Shown here piece after piece: positions 49,681 to 64,000 of a stretch of 64,000 nt of DNA. Position numbers and translations under genes: made by a program. How positions within the stretch are numbered: position 1 is the stretch's first letter; each line of letters begins with the position of its first letter. The DNA lies in NCBI RefSeq assembly GCF_964204865.1, contig NC_135251.1:20460001-20524000 (forward strand). Direction: 5' to 3'. The DNA comes from Styela clava (Eukaryota). The notes beneath the pieces were generated by a model that worked only from the letters and a program-made list of their open reading frames with translations, searched no databases and was not told where the DNA came from.

Positions 49681-52600
49681 ATGACTGCCGGTGAGTCTAT
49701 TTATGGCACATCGATGGATTATAGACATATCTAGCACAAACTTTTAAAATAAATATTTAGAAAAGAATCGCTTAGAAATAGAATCATGAAGTATTAAAAT
49801 TGACTACCGCACGCCGCAATTCTACTCAATTTGTAGAAATATTTAAAACGTTAGCGATTATTTATTATGGCATGAATTTAATTTCGCATAGTTTTAAGAG
49901 AGTCCATGGGTAAGTCAAAGACATATTTTTGCGAGTTTTTTTTTGTTAAATTTGTGAATTTTTCACGAGTTGAGAATATTATTACAATAATAAAACGGCG
50001 GCAAAAGCGAGGTATATATTGAACTAAATCTCCTTATTTTTTTTTATTTGCAGAACACGGACCATTCCCGCCGTTTGGTGGATCTTGTTCCGATTTGAGG
50101 TATGACTCAATTTTTATAACTAAACACATTATTATGTATTATATTAAATAAGCTTTATGACAAGGGTATAAAAATTCTTAATCTGCAACAGTTTTTAGTA
50201 CTATTAGGGTTTTCGCACAATTTAAATTTACTGATTATGTGAAAATAATAATAACAAACTCATTTCGTTGTGCATTGGACGTAGTCAGTAGCAGAGGGTA
50301 CAAATTTTTCGTTCTGATGTGTGGTGTTCGAATTTTTCTTATGAATTAAATAAACTCTTATTACAGTTCCCGTCTCGGATTACCAACTCGAAGTCCATTC
50401 GGTTTACCGCCACAACCATCGCCGTTTGTCGCGCATTTTTATCCTATGGTAAATTCTGCTAGACCCACGATCCAACCACCGATACTCAATCCTGATCCAG
50501 CACTTACGTCATCAACACCGGGGTCTTTTTTAGCGTCTGTCGCTGCCCGAAGAACAGATTTACTATATTCAGGTAAGATTTTTTTTTTTGCAAATTAATA
50601 AAAAATTCTATGAACATATCAATAATGAAGGCGCGTTACAGTCCATCTTGCTTTGCATTCAGTGCAGTATTCTAATATATCTGATTAACTGATTAACACA
50701 GGAATTTCAATACTTAGCATTTTGGTCATAGTATATGGTAAACGACTATTGGTATTATTTGTTGAATATTTCCTTTTTACTAAATATGATTAGTACATCT
50801 CAAGCATTTATCAGTGAAGCTCGCGGACTTCTATGTTATGAGTCGTTTGTCTTGTATTACAATAAGCTAAATCTGCAACTTCGTTTTGTAGAATTCTACA
50901 AGAATCTATTGAAAACTGCTGTAAAGGCTCAACCTTTTATATCACCAGACGACAGTGTTGGAATAGAGAATAAGGTATGTTAATGAAAAGAAAACATACT
51001 GAATAATATTTTGGGATCTTTTGTACAAATCCCCACCACTAATGTAAAAATGTGAAATTTGATAAAAACACCCCCGCAGTCCAGCGCAGTTTACATTCCT
51101 AGCCCTTGCCCTTACTGAAAAGTTACTGATTTTTTTTATATTTTAAGCTGTGTCAGTTTTTTTTTTGCTGGGAGGGGGGGGGGGGTCTTTTGTCTTTGGG
51201 CGTCAAGTTCGTCCAACAGATGTGTTTAACTTCATTAAGCTTTCTTTGCATTCATTCAAGGTTTCATTGCGGTTTATGAACGCAAAATACGGGTATGACG
51301 CTCAATCACGTTATCTTAAATTGTTTTATTTTTGAAAATAATTTGCTCAAAGTGGGGTCACGGGGGTCACGCGCACACACCCTGATGTGAAGGATCCGCT
51401 CCGAGTAAAGTTTCAGACGAACACTCACGTGTAAGAAACTACTGAACAATATAGAATTATGGTGGTGCATCACGGGCCAGCTAAAGCAACTTTGTTACTT
51501 AGAGCAATAATTTTTTGTAGAATTCAACAAAATTCTCTGAAACGTCACCTTCCCGAAAAGGTGAGAATATACAGCAAGACGCTGGAAGAATTGCAAGTTT
51601 AGACAATTACGCAAATCCTGCAGCTCAACTTCGAAGCTTTTACGGTATGTTGTTTATTTTTATGTTGCATGAGCCCTTAACCGTGTCCGTGTTAGTTCTG
51701 TTACGTTATATTCAATTTAGAGTACTATAATTTAACAGGACTTTTAATTTTCATCTATGTAATTTGCAGAGGGACTTTACGGAAGACTAACCCCAAACGA
51801 TTACTTGCTACGTCTTCGTGCCGATCAAAATAATGGACAATTTTGTATTCCCAATTTCCGTGGCACTAAAAACGTGACATCACCATCGTCACCAAACTGG
51901 TCAGCTACTTCAACGAGTCCGCCGGAAGCAGTCAGTGCGTTTAGCCGTGTTTCGTCATTGAAACCACCCCAAACCAGTTTCAACCGCTTTCATCTGCACC
52001 AAACCGGAGCCTTTCCGGCTCTTTCTTCTTATGCTATGAAAACTCGCGCGAATCAGCAAAGGGATTTCAAGCGACAATCGAACGATAACTCAAATTCCTC
52101 GTCGCAGAATAACCCATCTCCCAACGCAGATTCCCAGAATATTTTGAAAACACCTTCAAACATAACATCTCCACCCAATGGAATTCATTCTCCTACATCA
52201 AGTGTTTCAAATAATGTAATCGCAAGTGATTCGTCTGATGGACGCCCATCATCAGCTTATTCGTCTTCCGAACGACTAAAAAGTAAGCTTACTTATTCAG
52301 TTATCCGGTTCATTGAAATTTTACAAGCTCAATTGAATAATTTTTTTTTTTCATTTTCAAAAGGAAAAAGACGTTCGACTGGTTGTGGTGACACATGTCC
52401 TATTTGTGGTGTCACCGTCAGAGAATCGGAAATGCAACAACATTTGAAACAAGAAATTGGGAAACTGGACAAGATCGGATAGTAAGATTTTTTTGGCAAT
52501 TCTCCCTTTTTTAAATTATTCAAAAGAATCAACCATATACCCTCGAATGACCAGAAAATTTCGTCACGCATACGCTAAATTGTTTTATATGCTTTGCATT

Positions 52601-55600
52601 CATTTTTCTACTGAAATACCTTGTCAATATTTAGGAAATCGCAGATTTTATATTCGTTTTCTTTCAGTATTTTTCATATTCTACTAATCCTGCCTTTTGC
52701 GGTTGTTACCATAAATTCCGTTGCCAAAACAAACGAAATTAAACAAATTTCTTTATAGCAATGTGACTGATTCGTCTTCATTAAGTTAATTTTTTCTTTT
52801 CTAAGCGTTAATGAGCACTTGCCATCATGTCGAGCCGGTGAAGTCTTTGAAAATGTCGACTTTTCACCATATGCCTATGTTTGCTTTTCGTATTACAAGA
52901 CGCGCAGTGGGATCGTATTTTCAAATTCAAAATGGCCGCCGTTCAAATAAGAATATAATGAACGTGATTGATGTTTCGCACCCATATAGCCGCGTCCCGA
53001 ATCCACTGTTTATTAGATTACATCGAATAAAAGATAAACGAATCAGAAATTACATGTGATTTCACAGTAAATCTATGTTGTATAATTTCTTACATTTATT
53101 GGTTTCGTATGTTGACTAGATAAATTTGCAAATCTTCTTCATTCTTGCTTGACAAATGTACATGTCCTATTCTAAGATTGCAAAATTCCTGACTTAAAAC
53201 TTACATATATAACAATCATGCGTTTATGTCACAATCGACCCGTTATTAAATTATTTTAATTATAACAAGTGAGTTCGTTCCGCTTGTCAAATTGTTTTCC
53301 AATTGGAATCTTGTAGGAACATAAAGAAAATGTGCTTCTATTCTCTTGATTTTCAATTATCATTTTTAAACGGGCGCGTTTGGGAAGAGTTTCAAATTTA
53401 CTGTTATTCGCATACTATTGTGATATAGAATATTTTTCTTTTAATTTTAGTTAGAAAAAGTTTTACAACCAAGCATTATTACTATTTTTTTTAAAAAAAA
53501 ATTTTGAAATTTTATTTTCAGTGAGGTATACCGAAATAATTTGAAAAAACATGCAAAGGCTACCAGACGAATATCTGGACCGACATCATCGCATTTGGTA
53601 ATATTTTTTCAATATTGATCATTTAAACATATTGTTTTCTTATTCTGAGTATATTCAAATAAAATATTCATGTTTAAATCACATCCAATTTAATGAAATA
53701 TTAAAATAATTTTAGTCAATGCAATCGGATTCTTCGATTGCCGCTACGACAAGTAAAAAGCATGACGAGGCGAATGACAATGATACAACGAGCAAAGAAA
53801 ATAGATTTCGGGTAAGTAATTGAGAAATTAGCGTAAATTACGTATTATGCTGCTGCTATAACGTCCATTGAATACAAATACATCTAATATGACAGAGTGC
53901 ATTAGACTCCGACGAATTGTCTGGTCTGAATGGACCGCGATTTTAATCTGTCATAAAATCTCGCATAAGAGTTGCATATAGGAATAACAGGAAAGGAAGT
54001 GATTATGTTTTGTCAATTCGCATCGTTTGTTCTTCTACGAATAAAACTGGGAAAATGATCGTTTGGGTACTCCCGTAGTGTGTGTAGGTTAGGGTTAGGC
54101 CATAATGTTATTCCGATTTTCCTTGTTTCGTTCTATTACGAGTTCGGGGACTGTTTGTGTTGGCCAAGTGAATATACCCCCTGCCCATAGGTTTCAGTAC
54201 CTCACACAACTTGATGTAAAGCAGGCGAACAAAATTAGTTACCTCCATATTGGTACACACACTTCTGGAGCGCCGCGTTTTTAGACTGGTTTGCAAGGGT
54301 TTTTATAGATGATATTTTCTCCAGGGCGGGCCTTCATACTAGAACAGTATGATTTCTGTCGAGAGAAATATACCCTCCTTATTTCACAAGCTTACTTGAT
54401 GTGTACATGATTATCATGCGGCGCGACGACTGTTACTGCTCGTTGTTTTTTTGCTTCGCAATATTTAATACGAAATATTTTCCATGTTTCTGTTTTTAAG
54501 AAACATTTGATATAACATTCCGGTCTCAAATCCACATTCATTCAGTGCTAATACTCGCTAAATATTGGTCATTTACGCACGCGTTGTCATATTGTCATAT
54601 AAGTCGATATGATTAATACACTCTGGCGGTTAAGAAAAAGAACTGACTCCGGGTGCGGCGCCTCCCGGATTACACTCGGCAATTTATATCTGTCGCTGTC
54701 ATGCGCCGAACAAATTTACTTTGGAACGAGTATGTGCCGTTGATATTCGCATCATCAACATGATTATTCGAGCAGGTTGTAATAATGGTACATTTGTGGT
54801 TGCTTAGAAATTGGTCGTTCCTTAGGAATGGGCCATAGATGTGTAGCTTCTCAGCGATGAATTTTATCCATCTATCGTACTTGACTGGGTATGAATACCT
54901 AAACATTGCCGAGATGTTACATTTGTGATTTGCCAAGTTTTTTTTTCTGTTTGATCTCAAGATACCTATGAAAGACGCGGTATAAATTATCCAATCTTAA
55001 TCGCCGTATTGTGATGTGCTCGATGTCCCGATAGGGCGGGGTTGGTTGCCTTGTCGCTAGCGAGTTGAATTATTAGCGTTATTAATTCCATGGGATCAAA
55101 AGTCGATTAAACCCGATGATACACTGATGTGAGCAAATACGCTCGTGTTTGAGACGTAAGTTTACTCCGGTAGCTATGTATATTTCCGTTAAATGACACT
55201 GTTATAAATCATGAACAACTAACCATAATTTTGTGTTATTTGTAGCAATTTCTACCTGATATTTCAAGTACTTACAAAATCAGTATGAGATAATTTGTGA
55301 TTGTTTTACTTTTATATTCGTCGTGATTGGTAGTTTTTTGTAGTCTTACGTATATTTTAGTATCGAAATGACTGCTGCTATTCTGTTCGTTTTTATAAGT
55401 CCAGATTATTTGGTCTGTAACTGTTTGGTGTTGTTTTTCTGCTTTATAGTATGTTATAATATATTAACACGCCATCGCGGTCGTATTTCAAATAAAGTCT
55501 AACGCAATCAATCATCCAATAAAAGTTTTCACAAAGTTTCGAAATACCATTTTGTTTAGTATATCGCAGTAAATAATATTCTCGAATAATAATATTTTCA

Positions 55601-58600
55601 ATTAGAATTTTTTTAAATTTTATTTTGTACTATGAACAACGCTTAGATATGCCCAGGATCCTAAGGATCTATAGTTCACAAAAACAAATTTTGCACACAC
55701 CCCGCGCCAATTGAAGATTTTTTCTGGTGGATTCATTAATGGACTACTACTTTTTAATAAATATTATAATTTTATATACCGATTTTATTCAAAAAATATC
55801 TTGTTTAAATGAAAGAATTTATATGCACGACTACGACGCTTCACCACCTAGAATGTCTTCTAAGTAATTTTCGATTAACCTTTGTTAAGCTAATTGTTTT
55901 CGAAACTTTTCTGATAAAACAACCGGCTGCTCCTCCCAATCTTGCCCAGATAGACTGACAAGTCCAACCCATTGAAACTTGATTACCGTCAACGGTTATC
56001 ATTAGATAAACAGAATACATTTAATAAACATGGATGTAGCAGCTTCGATTGTGTTTAAAAACTGCTTAGTTAGCTTATGGCGTTTACGTTTGACCCCTGG
56101 CGTGAGATAGGGCGCAGGTGCGGGGTAATCATGACTAAAAAATCGACTATCTTAAAATAATTAGAGACAAACCTGGTAAATACTCCCAGGTGTGAAAGCG
56201 TCGTTTGGATTCGTTTAACATTTCTGCCCTTGTTTAAACAAAATTGTAGATAGATTTCGCCGTATAAGCATGACTTATACTTGTTCCACCCAGGTGTGAG
56301 CCACTACTAACAGCGTATGAAAGCGGACATGTTCATTTTCCTATCATAAGTGTTTGCCTAGTAAGGGATTTAATTTTATTTCAGTATTTCGTGCATATGT
56401 TTGTCTAGACTGGACCTGGTGAAGGTATCGTACGCAAGTCTATGTTGGCTAGTTTTGTTATTCTGTCAAATGGGAATCTAGTTTCAAAATTAAATCAATT
56501 CAAATTAAAAAATTTGGAAAGTACTAATTTAAATTTACTCATAAATTTATATGTTCACGTCCCTTATCACGTGATCGTCAAAATGAAAATGACAGCACTG
56601 ACGCCACAAATCTGCGTCTCGATTCTTAAACCCTCCGTGACGTTTTTACATGTCACTAGAAAAACTACCAATACAAAAATAAAATATTATTTACAACATG
56701 TATCACTAAACAAATATAGTATATTTTCACCAAAACTAGTTATAATTCTGTCGCCAGATCACTGTAAATTACTCTCTATACTTGGAAACAAATTAGTCGT
56801 AAACATATTACAAAATACAGTCCAATGTAGTGTGTCATGACCCTTGATCCCGTATTAGCACAAAACAAACGAATCGTAAAATTTATATGAAGATTGACAC
56901 TAAAAGCTAGTAGATTATCGTCACTCGTAGAATATGAAATATGACGAAAGCTAACAAACCACCGAGATCAAAAGAGCTTCTTAAGAACGGTTCCGATTGT
57001 ATATGGGTGCATAAGGCCACACAATCAGTTTGATTTATATCGCCATGGTAAACACCTCGCGGGTCAGTAAAATATTTCAACATTCAAATGTTCATTTTTC
57101 TTCGATGTCTTCTTGCTCAATTCATCCGCGCGCAGTTACTTTAAAGAAGAAAGGCGCCATGCTTCAGCCCTGTTTTTCCACACGCACGGTAATACACAAT
57201 TTTCCTTTTATATGAAGTGTATATGGTTTCTTCAAGGACGGCTGTAAATCTGCCTCAGGTTCTTAATCTCAGAGACATATACTGTATCATTTTACCAACG
57301 TCATATGGCGTTATATGATTTTTGATAACAATTACGAAAATAACAGTTCCGCGATTCATTACCGACTTTATAATTGAGTATTTTTGGATACAATTTCCCT
57401 TTTACGCATAATGTTTAGTCAATATTAGCGTATTTCACCCATTTTTGAAGTGTTTCGGTTGCTCAAAAAATTTATTCAATGACATTTTGATTGTCAAATT
57501 TATTGTTTTATGATATTTGTCAAGATCGTTGTTAAATTGTACGTGACTTGTCAACCACTTACCGGGGGAGGAAGCACCAATGTCCTCATTGTAAAGCAAT
57601 ACATACTTAAAATATGGATTATATACCATCTGCTTTAATGATGTGAATGTATTTCGAGGACGCCTATTGTTTTTACAACAAACATAAGAAAATTATCTCC
57701 TATATTACTTCTTTTAGATTGTAAATGTGATGTCAGTGTTATAATGTTAATTAAACATGGTCGTATAACACGCGCTCCTTTTCATCTTGTCGAAGTCAAA
57801 TTTTCTGTCTAATCCGTATTACATATAATAGCGAGCAAGCCAACCAAAAATATGCTATCTCTTACTGTCTGTTCATTGTGATGTTGAAGGCTGAACTACC
57901 AAACAGATTGGTGTTAATTTTGTATTTTCTGGATAGCAGCACATGCAAAAAATCAATGCGCTTCATTTTATAATTCGAGGGTTTTTGAAGCAAAAAGACG
58001 GGTTAATGTAATTTGAAAATTACGAAGAATTAAATTATTTTCAAACTGGTTCTCTAATCAAATTCGGAAGCGATGTTCAAAAGTTAGAGGAGTATAAAAA
58101 TTAAAAATATGTTTCAAGTTTTATCGATCGAATTCCTCCTTTATAATTTGTTGAATGTAAATTTGGGCTCACTCACAGAACTCCGCCTTTCTACTTGCGA
58201 TATGGGATTTTATCCACCATTTTGTTTCACGTGGTTTATTACATCGCAAATAATTTGAAATGAAACTATTTTTATTTTAATAATTGATTATATCAGTGTG
58301 AACACACATCAGCCACAGAGCTAAATCATCATTTATCGATTCTAATTGACATAATGCGATTCGAATTTGCGGCGTGACTTGTTTTCAGTTGTGTGTGACA
58401 AATGCTAATTGAATTGTTGATATGACCGAAACCCCAGTCAAGACAATTAAATCAAATAATTTACGCTCCTAGTATGGGCCACAGATGGTGTGTGTCGTTT
58501 ATCAGTGGTATATAATCGATCAAAGAATGCCCCACTATTCTATTTTAAATATATATATGATAATACAAGATCATTTGTCTTACACTGTTTTATGACACTA

Positions 58601-61600
58601 ATCCGAACGATAATGAAATTTGCTTTCCAGAAGGGTGACCCGCTTGGCAAAACTGTAATTGAATATGCAAACAAATATGTGATTTTTCTAAAATGTTGGC
58701 GTTGGAGAGAGAAGTTACTTATGTTTCTAAAGTTTCTGAGAGATTTCAAATGTGCACTTGTTACGCCGTAAATTTCAGCTGTAATTATGACGTTTTACAT
58801 ATGCATAATTGCCTGCTAGGTTTTTATCGAAAACATATGATATGATTGACGTAATGTGGGTTTACGACGTATATCTTGCTTGCCTGTAGAATATATCGCA
58901 CTCGAACCATCGTTCTTCATAAAAATTATTTTACCTATTTTCTCTTGGTATGTAGCATATATTATTAATTTATATCTATCCTTTTAAATTTAAATAGGTC
59001 TGTTTTTAACGATATAATAACAGAGAAAGGTCTAAGATATATATTTTTTAAATTCTAATTAAATTAAAGTTCTATCCTAATACAATAATCGCAAAATGTT
59101 GTTCAAAGTAAGCAAGAAACTTTCAAATGTTTATCCTCTCTTTAACTTTGCGTTTTTAATTTCAGACTTTCCAGAAAGTGCGCGGGAATCGACTTGACCG
59201 CTTTAACAGCAGAGTGGGTCAGTGCCGTGTACCTGGGTGGAGAAACGGAGCTATGTTCTCTGGGAAGCCGATGGCTCCTTGGATCGATTATAACAATAAC
59301 AGTATCGCCGTGCAGAGCAACAGAGCACCCATACAAGCGAGATTTGAAGGAGTTCGTTGTCCTGTCTGTGAAATTTCATTAGGTCACATGAGCAGCCATG
59401 AGCAAATTTCTGACCACGTGATGCATTGCGCGGGAACGAGGGTGAATTTTTTTTAAAATCTGTATCTTCGTTTTACTTGAATTCACAGCGGTATTTATTT
59501 CAATAATTATTCAGTTATACAGGTGACCTAAAAACACAATTCATAAATTTTTTATTTACTCTTATGATAAACCGGGGAATTTATTTGACAACTGAACTTT
59601 TGTTTGTGTATGATTGTACCCCAAAGTTCCAGTAATTTAGGACGCTTTGCGCAAAATTTATCTTCTCTCTGAAATGCGTTCTCAATGATCTTTTTGGCGT
59701 TGGAGACATACTTGTAAGCAAAATAAAATTTTTATTTTTATTTTTTCAAGGACGACAAAGACGTCCCAGGAGAGTCAGGAACAGTAGTTGACGTTGAAGA
59801 TGATGATGGTGCGTTTGAAGAATATGAATGGTGTGGCGAAACAAGAGTTCGGGCGACTACACTTGTACATAGAGACCTGCTTGCTTCCACGCCAGGATTC
59901 CATGTGATGCGGAATGCGGAAAACGAGGACTCTGACCAGGTACGTTCTCAAACAAGTATTCGATTTTTCTATTTATCATACAATAACGCGAGAAAACTGC
60001 CATCATATGAAAAAAAACGGGGTCTCAGGTATTTTACTAAGGCATGGTAATTGCTATCAGTTAAACGTCCGGAATGAGAGGTCATATTTGGAAGGGTGAC
60101 CGTACATTTGAACCCACATACATTTGAACCCATGTATATATCCGCGAATTCAATTTATATGCGGGTGCTAAAACCCATGGGTTAGTATGGGTTCAAATAT
60201 CCGTAAAACGAAAAAAATTCCATAGGTGCAATTGTCGTGGGTTCAAATGTAATGGAACCATTTGGAAGAGACAGTCTTGAACTGCCCTGTTAGGTTAACC
60301 ACATTTACCTTCCTGATTTCAGAAATCTTCCCCCACATATTTTTGCTCTAAGAGCTCCAAACATTCGGCTTCTGGAGCGGGTATACAAATGATTTCCTGC
60401 CTTTTTTATCAAATTTATCACTCTGCCCATTTTGGAACTCTTCCTATGCATAAAACTACTTTATTTGTTCAATCTTTAATAAATCCTTTGCTAGTGTTAT
60501 GCGCTAATAGCACTCCCCCTTTCTGTACAGTCTGAGTTGTTAATTATGTGTTCATGAGAACAGGTATTATAGGGCTAATAAAAACCTAAAGAATATCATT
60601 AATGGTAAAATTTCCCCCCCAAAACTTTAAAACCTTTTTTTTCTCCTCGTTTGGTAAATGTTGGGGGTTTCTAACGCTTGACCCAATGAGTCAATTGTCG
60701 TTGGTATTTCTACATTTTCCTGAATCCATTTGCATGAATATGTGTTTTATTCTTAGGATCTCAATGTTGAAACGGACGAGACTTGCGAGTATGGCGTTGT
60801 ACAATATTCTGATAAAGATCTTGTACCTCCATCTACTGATGATGAAAATGATAGAACTCCATCATATGATCACGCAGAAAAGGATACAGGATGTCTAGAC
60901 ACGTAAGGATATTTTAAATCTTTCATATAGCGTGGCTCGAAACGCCAACTTTAACCCAACGCATGAAGGACAAATTAAGACTCCAGAAGTACTCTCTCAA
61001 ATTTTTTACCACGTCTATGTGCGTTGTGGCTGTGAGACCGTTCGATGTTGATTGTTTAAGATTTCCAGCTGAGGACGGCCGGATATTTCTCGGGGTAGCT
61101 CATTTATAGGCGGATTCTTGTTTAGAGCTAATGCATGCCTGCACAACTTTCATTCATATAACGACTTGTGCTTGTTTTTATTTTTAAACAGATCACCCGA
61201 AGATAAGACGATGGCTTTCTCTCATCCCAGCACAGTTGTTGATAATATGAAACGAATCAATATGGAGTGTCATTCCCCTTCTGTCGTTGTCCAAGCTCTC
61301 CGTTTAAAGATTCAGGAATTAGAATCGTCAAGTCAGGATAATCGATGTTTGATATGCATGGTAAGTGAAGTAATCGTTTGCATCTTGTGGAAAACCGTAT
61401 TTGTGGACCTTTTTTTCTCAAAAATCCATCGCGTGTCAGGCGCACTTGAAAAAACCTCTTTTTTACAAAAATCGATCGCTCGCCTTAAAACCCAATGCGC
61501 GTAATGTACGGATCAAGTCGTGCTTTATTGCCCACAGTAAAAACCACTACAAGTTGCGTCTTATAGACTAATGCGCCTTGTTTGTGAATAAAAACCCGAT

Positions 61601-62203
61601 CTTAGCAGTTTATCGACAGGCCACTTGTGGTCCGTGAAATACGATATGACGCCTCTTTTTCGTGACGGTCATGATTTACAAACACTGTTATTGAGAAAAG
61701 TTCCGGGATATTGATTGTAGACAATGTTGAACTGCAGGTCCTTTCTCCTTGTTTATTTTGGATCCGTATGTGGCCGTAGCCACAACGATACATGAATGAG
61801 ACAGTTTCTAAAAGTGATGAGGGACGAAAAAAAACGACTAAATTAATTTTTCTATTTATATCTTTTTTGAATGTTATCGTAGTAACCTGACCCGACAATT
61901 ATTGTGATCTTTATCTTTGCAGTCATCAGTTTTTCTTGTTTTGTCTGAAGAAGTTATACCAAGATCTAACGAAAGCTAACAGATATGCTTTCTGTTTCGT
62001 AAAAAGAGATTTTGTTTTGTCATTAATGTTATTGAACAGGTTCATATTCTTTTCAGGAATCTTACAAAAATCCGTTGGTGTCAATTCAATGTTGGCATGT
62101 GCATTGCGAAAAATGTTGGTTGAAAGCTTTGGGAGTTAAAAAATTATGTCCACAATGTAATATGATTACGCCTGCTTCTCATCTCCGAAGAATCTTCTTA
62201 TAG
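49681..62203 (+). CDS. RNF220: E3 ubiquitin-protein ligase RNF220
   Basis: Exons ~49681-49690 (ATG with in-frame stop upstream), 50054-50099, 50368-50572, 50892-50974, 51521-51560/51644, 51770-52282, 52364-52481 (CPICGVTVRESEMQQHLKQEIGKL), 53522-53597, 53716-53811, 59166-59441 (TFQKVRGNRLDR; CPVC), 59751-59939 (EEYEWCGETRVRAT), 60758-60902, 61192-61360 and 62058-62203. RING: CLICMESYKNPLVSIQCWHVHCEKCWLKALGVKKLCPQCNMIT...LRRIFL*. Confidence 0.92.
54066..54274. mobile_element. MITE (~210 bp), copy 2, in RNF220 intron
   Basis: Near-identical to 34824-35036. Confidence 0.8.
60095..60259. mobile_element. Mutator-like MITE, copy 2 (inverted), in RNF220 intron
   Basis: Same family as 40091-40295, with a perfect 9-bp TSD ATTTGGAAG (60086-60094, 60260-60268). 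Confidence 0.85.
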
Positions 62204-63332
62204 TATTTTTTATTATTTCATTAATAACATTTGCTTTATGCTTTTCCTTCAATACAAACTTTTATACATACTCGATCGTATGAAAAAAAAGTTGGCCTCC
62301 TGTGTGAAAGGAGAGCTTCAGAACGAATGTAGTGAGCTGTACAGGTCGCGGGCGATTATGACTTTTAATAATAATAAATCACAAGTCAATTGGCAAGTAA
62401 GTAGTTTTTGCATCTACCAATTATAATTCTGTGCCATGTCCTAAACAACGTCGCTGAAAGCGCCGCGACTAATGGAAAAGTTATAGTCCTCTGTGGGATT
62501 GGTACGTACATGTGCTGTTTTTGCAGTTGGGAAATTTTTGCTGTGGATTAAATCCGTATTTGATATATCCCAAACCTGTCTAGATATTTAGTATCAGTTT
62601 TTGCAATTCCCAATTCATCTTTCAACACGCACGAGAAAAGCCTTGGCGGGTTGGGAACAATAATAGAACTGTTCATTTTCTTTTAAAATGCTGAAAGCTA
62701 CTGAAGAAGAGAGGTTTGCACCACGCTTTGGGTTGGACCCCCTCAGCACCAAGAATGTGACGATGCCATACGCGCTGAGATCTTTTGGTGATATGTGCGC
62801 CAGCCAAAATACTTTGTTAAATACTAGATTAGTAGTAAATATGGGTATTGTATTTGCGATAGGAAAGACTCAAATGCGATGCTTATTCAAATGTGAAGAT
62901 AAAAGTAATAATGCCTATAAGGTTACACACCTATTATCCCCAAGTGGTGCGGGCCCCGCATGTCGTTCCGATGCCTCAAATATTTATTTCGAAGGCATCC
63001 TCCATAGCCGGGGTATACAGAACTGGGTAAAAACTGAAATGCAACAAAATCTTGAAGTTGCAGGTGTTTATGTAAGTAATCAATACACCGCTATGAATTT
63101 AACCTCAGGTTCCGCTTATTGAAGGCTGGAATAGGATTTAAAAACCACGAGACAGTATACGCGGGGACACCATCGGGGTGTAAATGGGTCTTAAAATAAA
63201 AAAAAGAGACCTTAAAATCTTTTGTGACTTGGATGGTATGTCACTATAATCCTTTAAACTGTCGGATAGAAATGTATGGTAAACAATCAAGCGAAACTGA
63301 ATTAAAATGATTCACAGCTTTTTAATTGCAAA

Positions 63333-64000
63333 TCAAGTATCTCCTACAGTTTCTGTTAGCTTTTTACTATTCTTCATTCCCTTCCACATTTTGTCGAGTT
63401 TTTGTGATGCATATTTCCACCCTTTGACGGGGCCTACGCCGATCAGAGACTTCCGACTCTGTGACCAGGAAGATCTTTTTACAGTATAAATTAAAGCATC
63501 TCTAACAGGATCTTCAATATTAGCATACCGCGCTATGTTGCGAAGAATTTCTTCAGTGTCTCGAATTTGTATTGCATTTCTATCAAATTCCCTCGCCATT
63601 CGAATCTGCACTCTCAACGGAAGTTTGTCCAAGTAAACATGTCGCGCTTTTGGTGAACTGTCAACTTCTACCATCGCACTTTTTACGTTCCAAGACACAA
63701 ATTCTTTGCAATCGGCTGCTATAGATTCAAGAATCGGGTGGTAGAGGTCTTGAAATCTTGTATAATTTGGCTCGACTATGTTGCTGACTTTATTTTTGTC
63801 TTCGCCAAACTTCATTCGAAAATCGCCTAAATAACTCAAACCAGCAATGGTGTGGTACAGTTGCCACTCAGAAAATACTTCGGGAAGCATTAGAAACGAT
63901 GCATACAGCGCACTATGATAATTACGTCTCATAGCAAGCATTAATTTCGGATTGTTCTCAAACCTATGTCGTATAATATTTACAGGTTTGTGAAGTCTCC
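63333..64000 (-). CDS. TAMM41: Mitochondrial phosphatidate cytidylyltransferase (5' part beyond right edge)
   Basis: The frame is open from the edge: RLHKPVNII...NYHSALYASFLMLPEVFSEWQLYHTIAGLSYLGDFRMKFGEDKNKVSNIV...SSWSQSRKSLIGVGPVKGWKYASQKLDKMWK (Mmp37/Tam41 family). Confidence 0.93.
   Translation of the reverse strand, partial: RLHKPVNIIRHRFENNPKLMLAMRRNYHSALYASFLMLPEVFSEWQLYHTIAGLSYLGDFRMKFGEDKNKVSNIVEPNYTRFQDLYHPILESIAADCKEFVSWNVKSAMVEVDSSPKARHVYLDKLPLRVQIRMAREFDRNAIQIRDTEEILRNIARYANIEDPVRDALIYTVKRSSWSQSRKSLIGVGPVKGWKYASQKLDKMWKGMKNSKKLTETVGDT

Noticed and set aside
62688-63122. 144-aa + strand ORF
   Set aside because: No recognisable domain or splice context. It lies between the convergent 3' ends of RNF220 and TAMM41 and is probably spurious.

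Overview
Eukaryotic, AT-rich, compact invertebrate genomic DNA with short GT-AG introns. An ascidian/tunicate origin is plausible, but that is an inference. Eight host genes are supported: SMYD3-like (-, runs off the left edge), EMG1/NEP1 (+), BAP1/calypso (-), an RBM4/lark-like two-RRM protein (+), LENG1 (+), ZDHHC21-like (+), RNF220 (+) and TAMM41 (-, runs off the right edge). The intergenic and intronic space is dense with mobile DNA. This includes a 4.2-kb Foldback-type Mutator (Phantom-like) element with ~600-bp TIRs, an 8-bp TSD, a subterminal minisatellite and a degenerate PHD-FLYWCH-MULE transposase. It also includes a full-length, disabled Tx1/L1-type LINE with a 17-bp TSD and a hAT element nested in its 5' UTR, plus tRNA-derived SINEs, many hAT/Mutator/TcMar MITEs, Helentron-like small elements and transposase relics. 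The most unusual signals are: (i) strongly over-represented TACCGGTA/TACCGTA/TACGGTA motifs that occur as one-arm-only insertions in otherwise symmetric TIRs and look like stacked transposon excision footprints; (ii) a ~50-bp composite motif shared upstream of three unrelated + strand genes; (iii) an N-terminal PHD finger exon in the Mutator transposase. No CRISPR array, rRNA or bona fide tRNA was found. Coordinates were read by eye and some exon edges are approximate.
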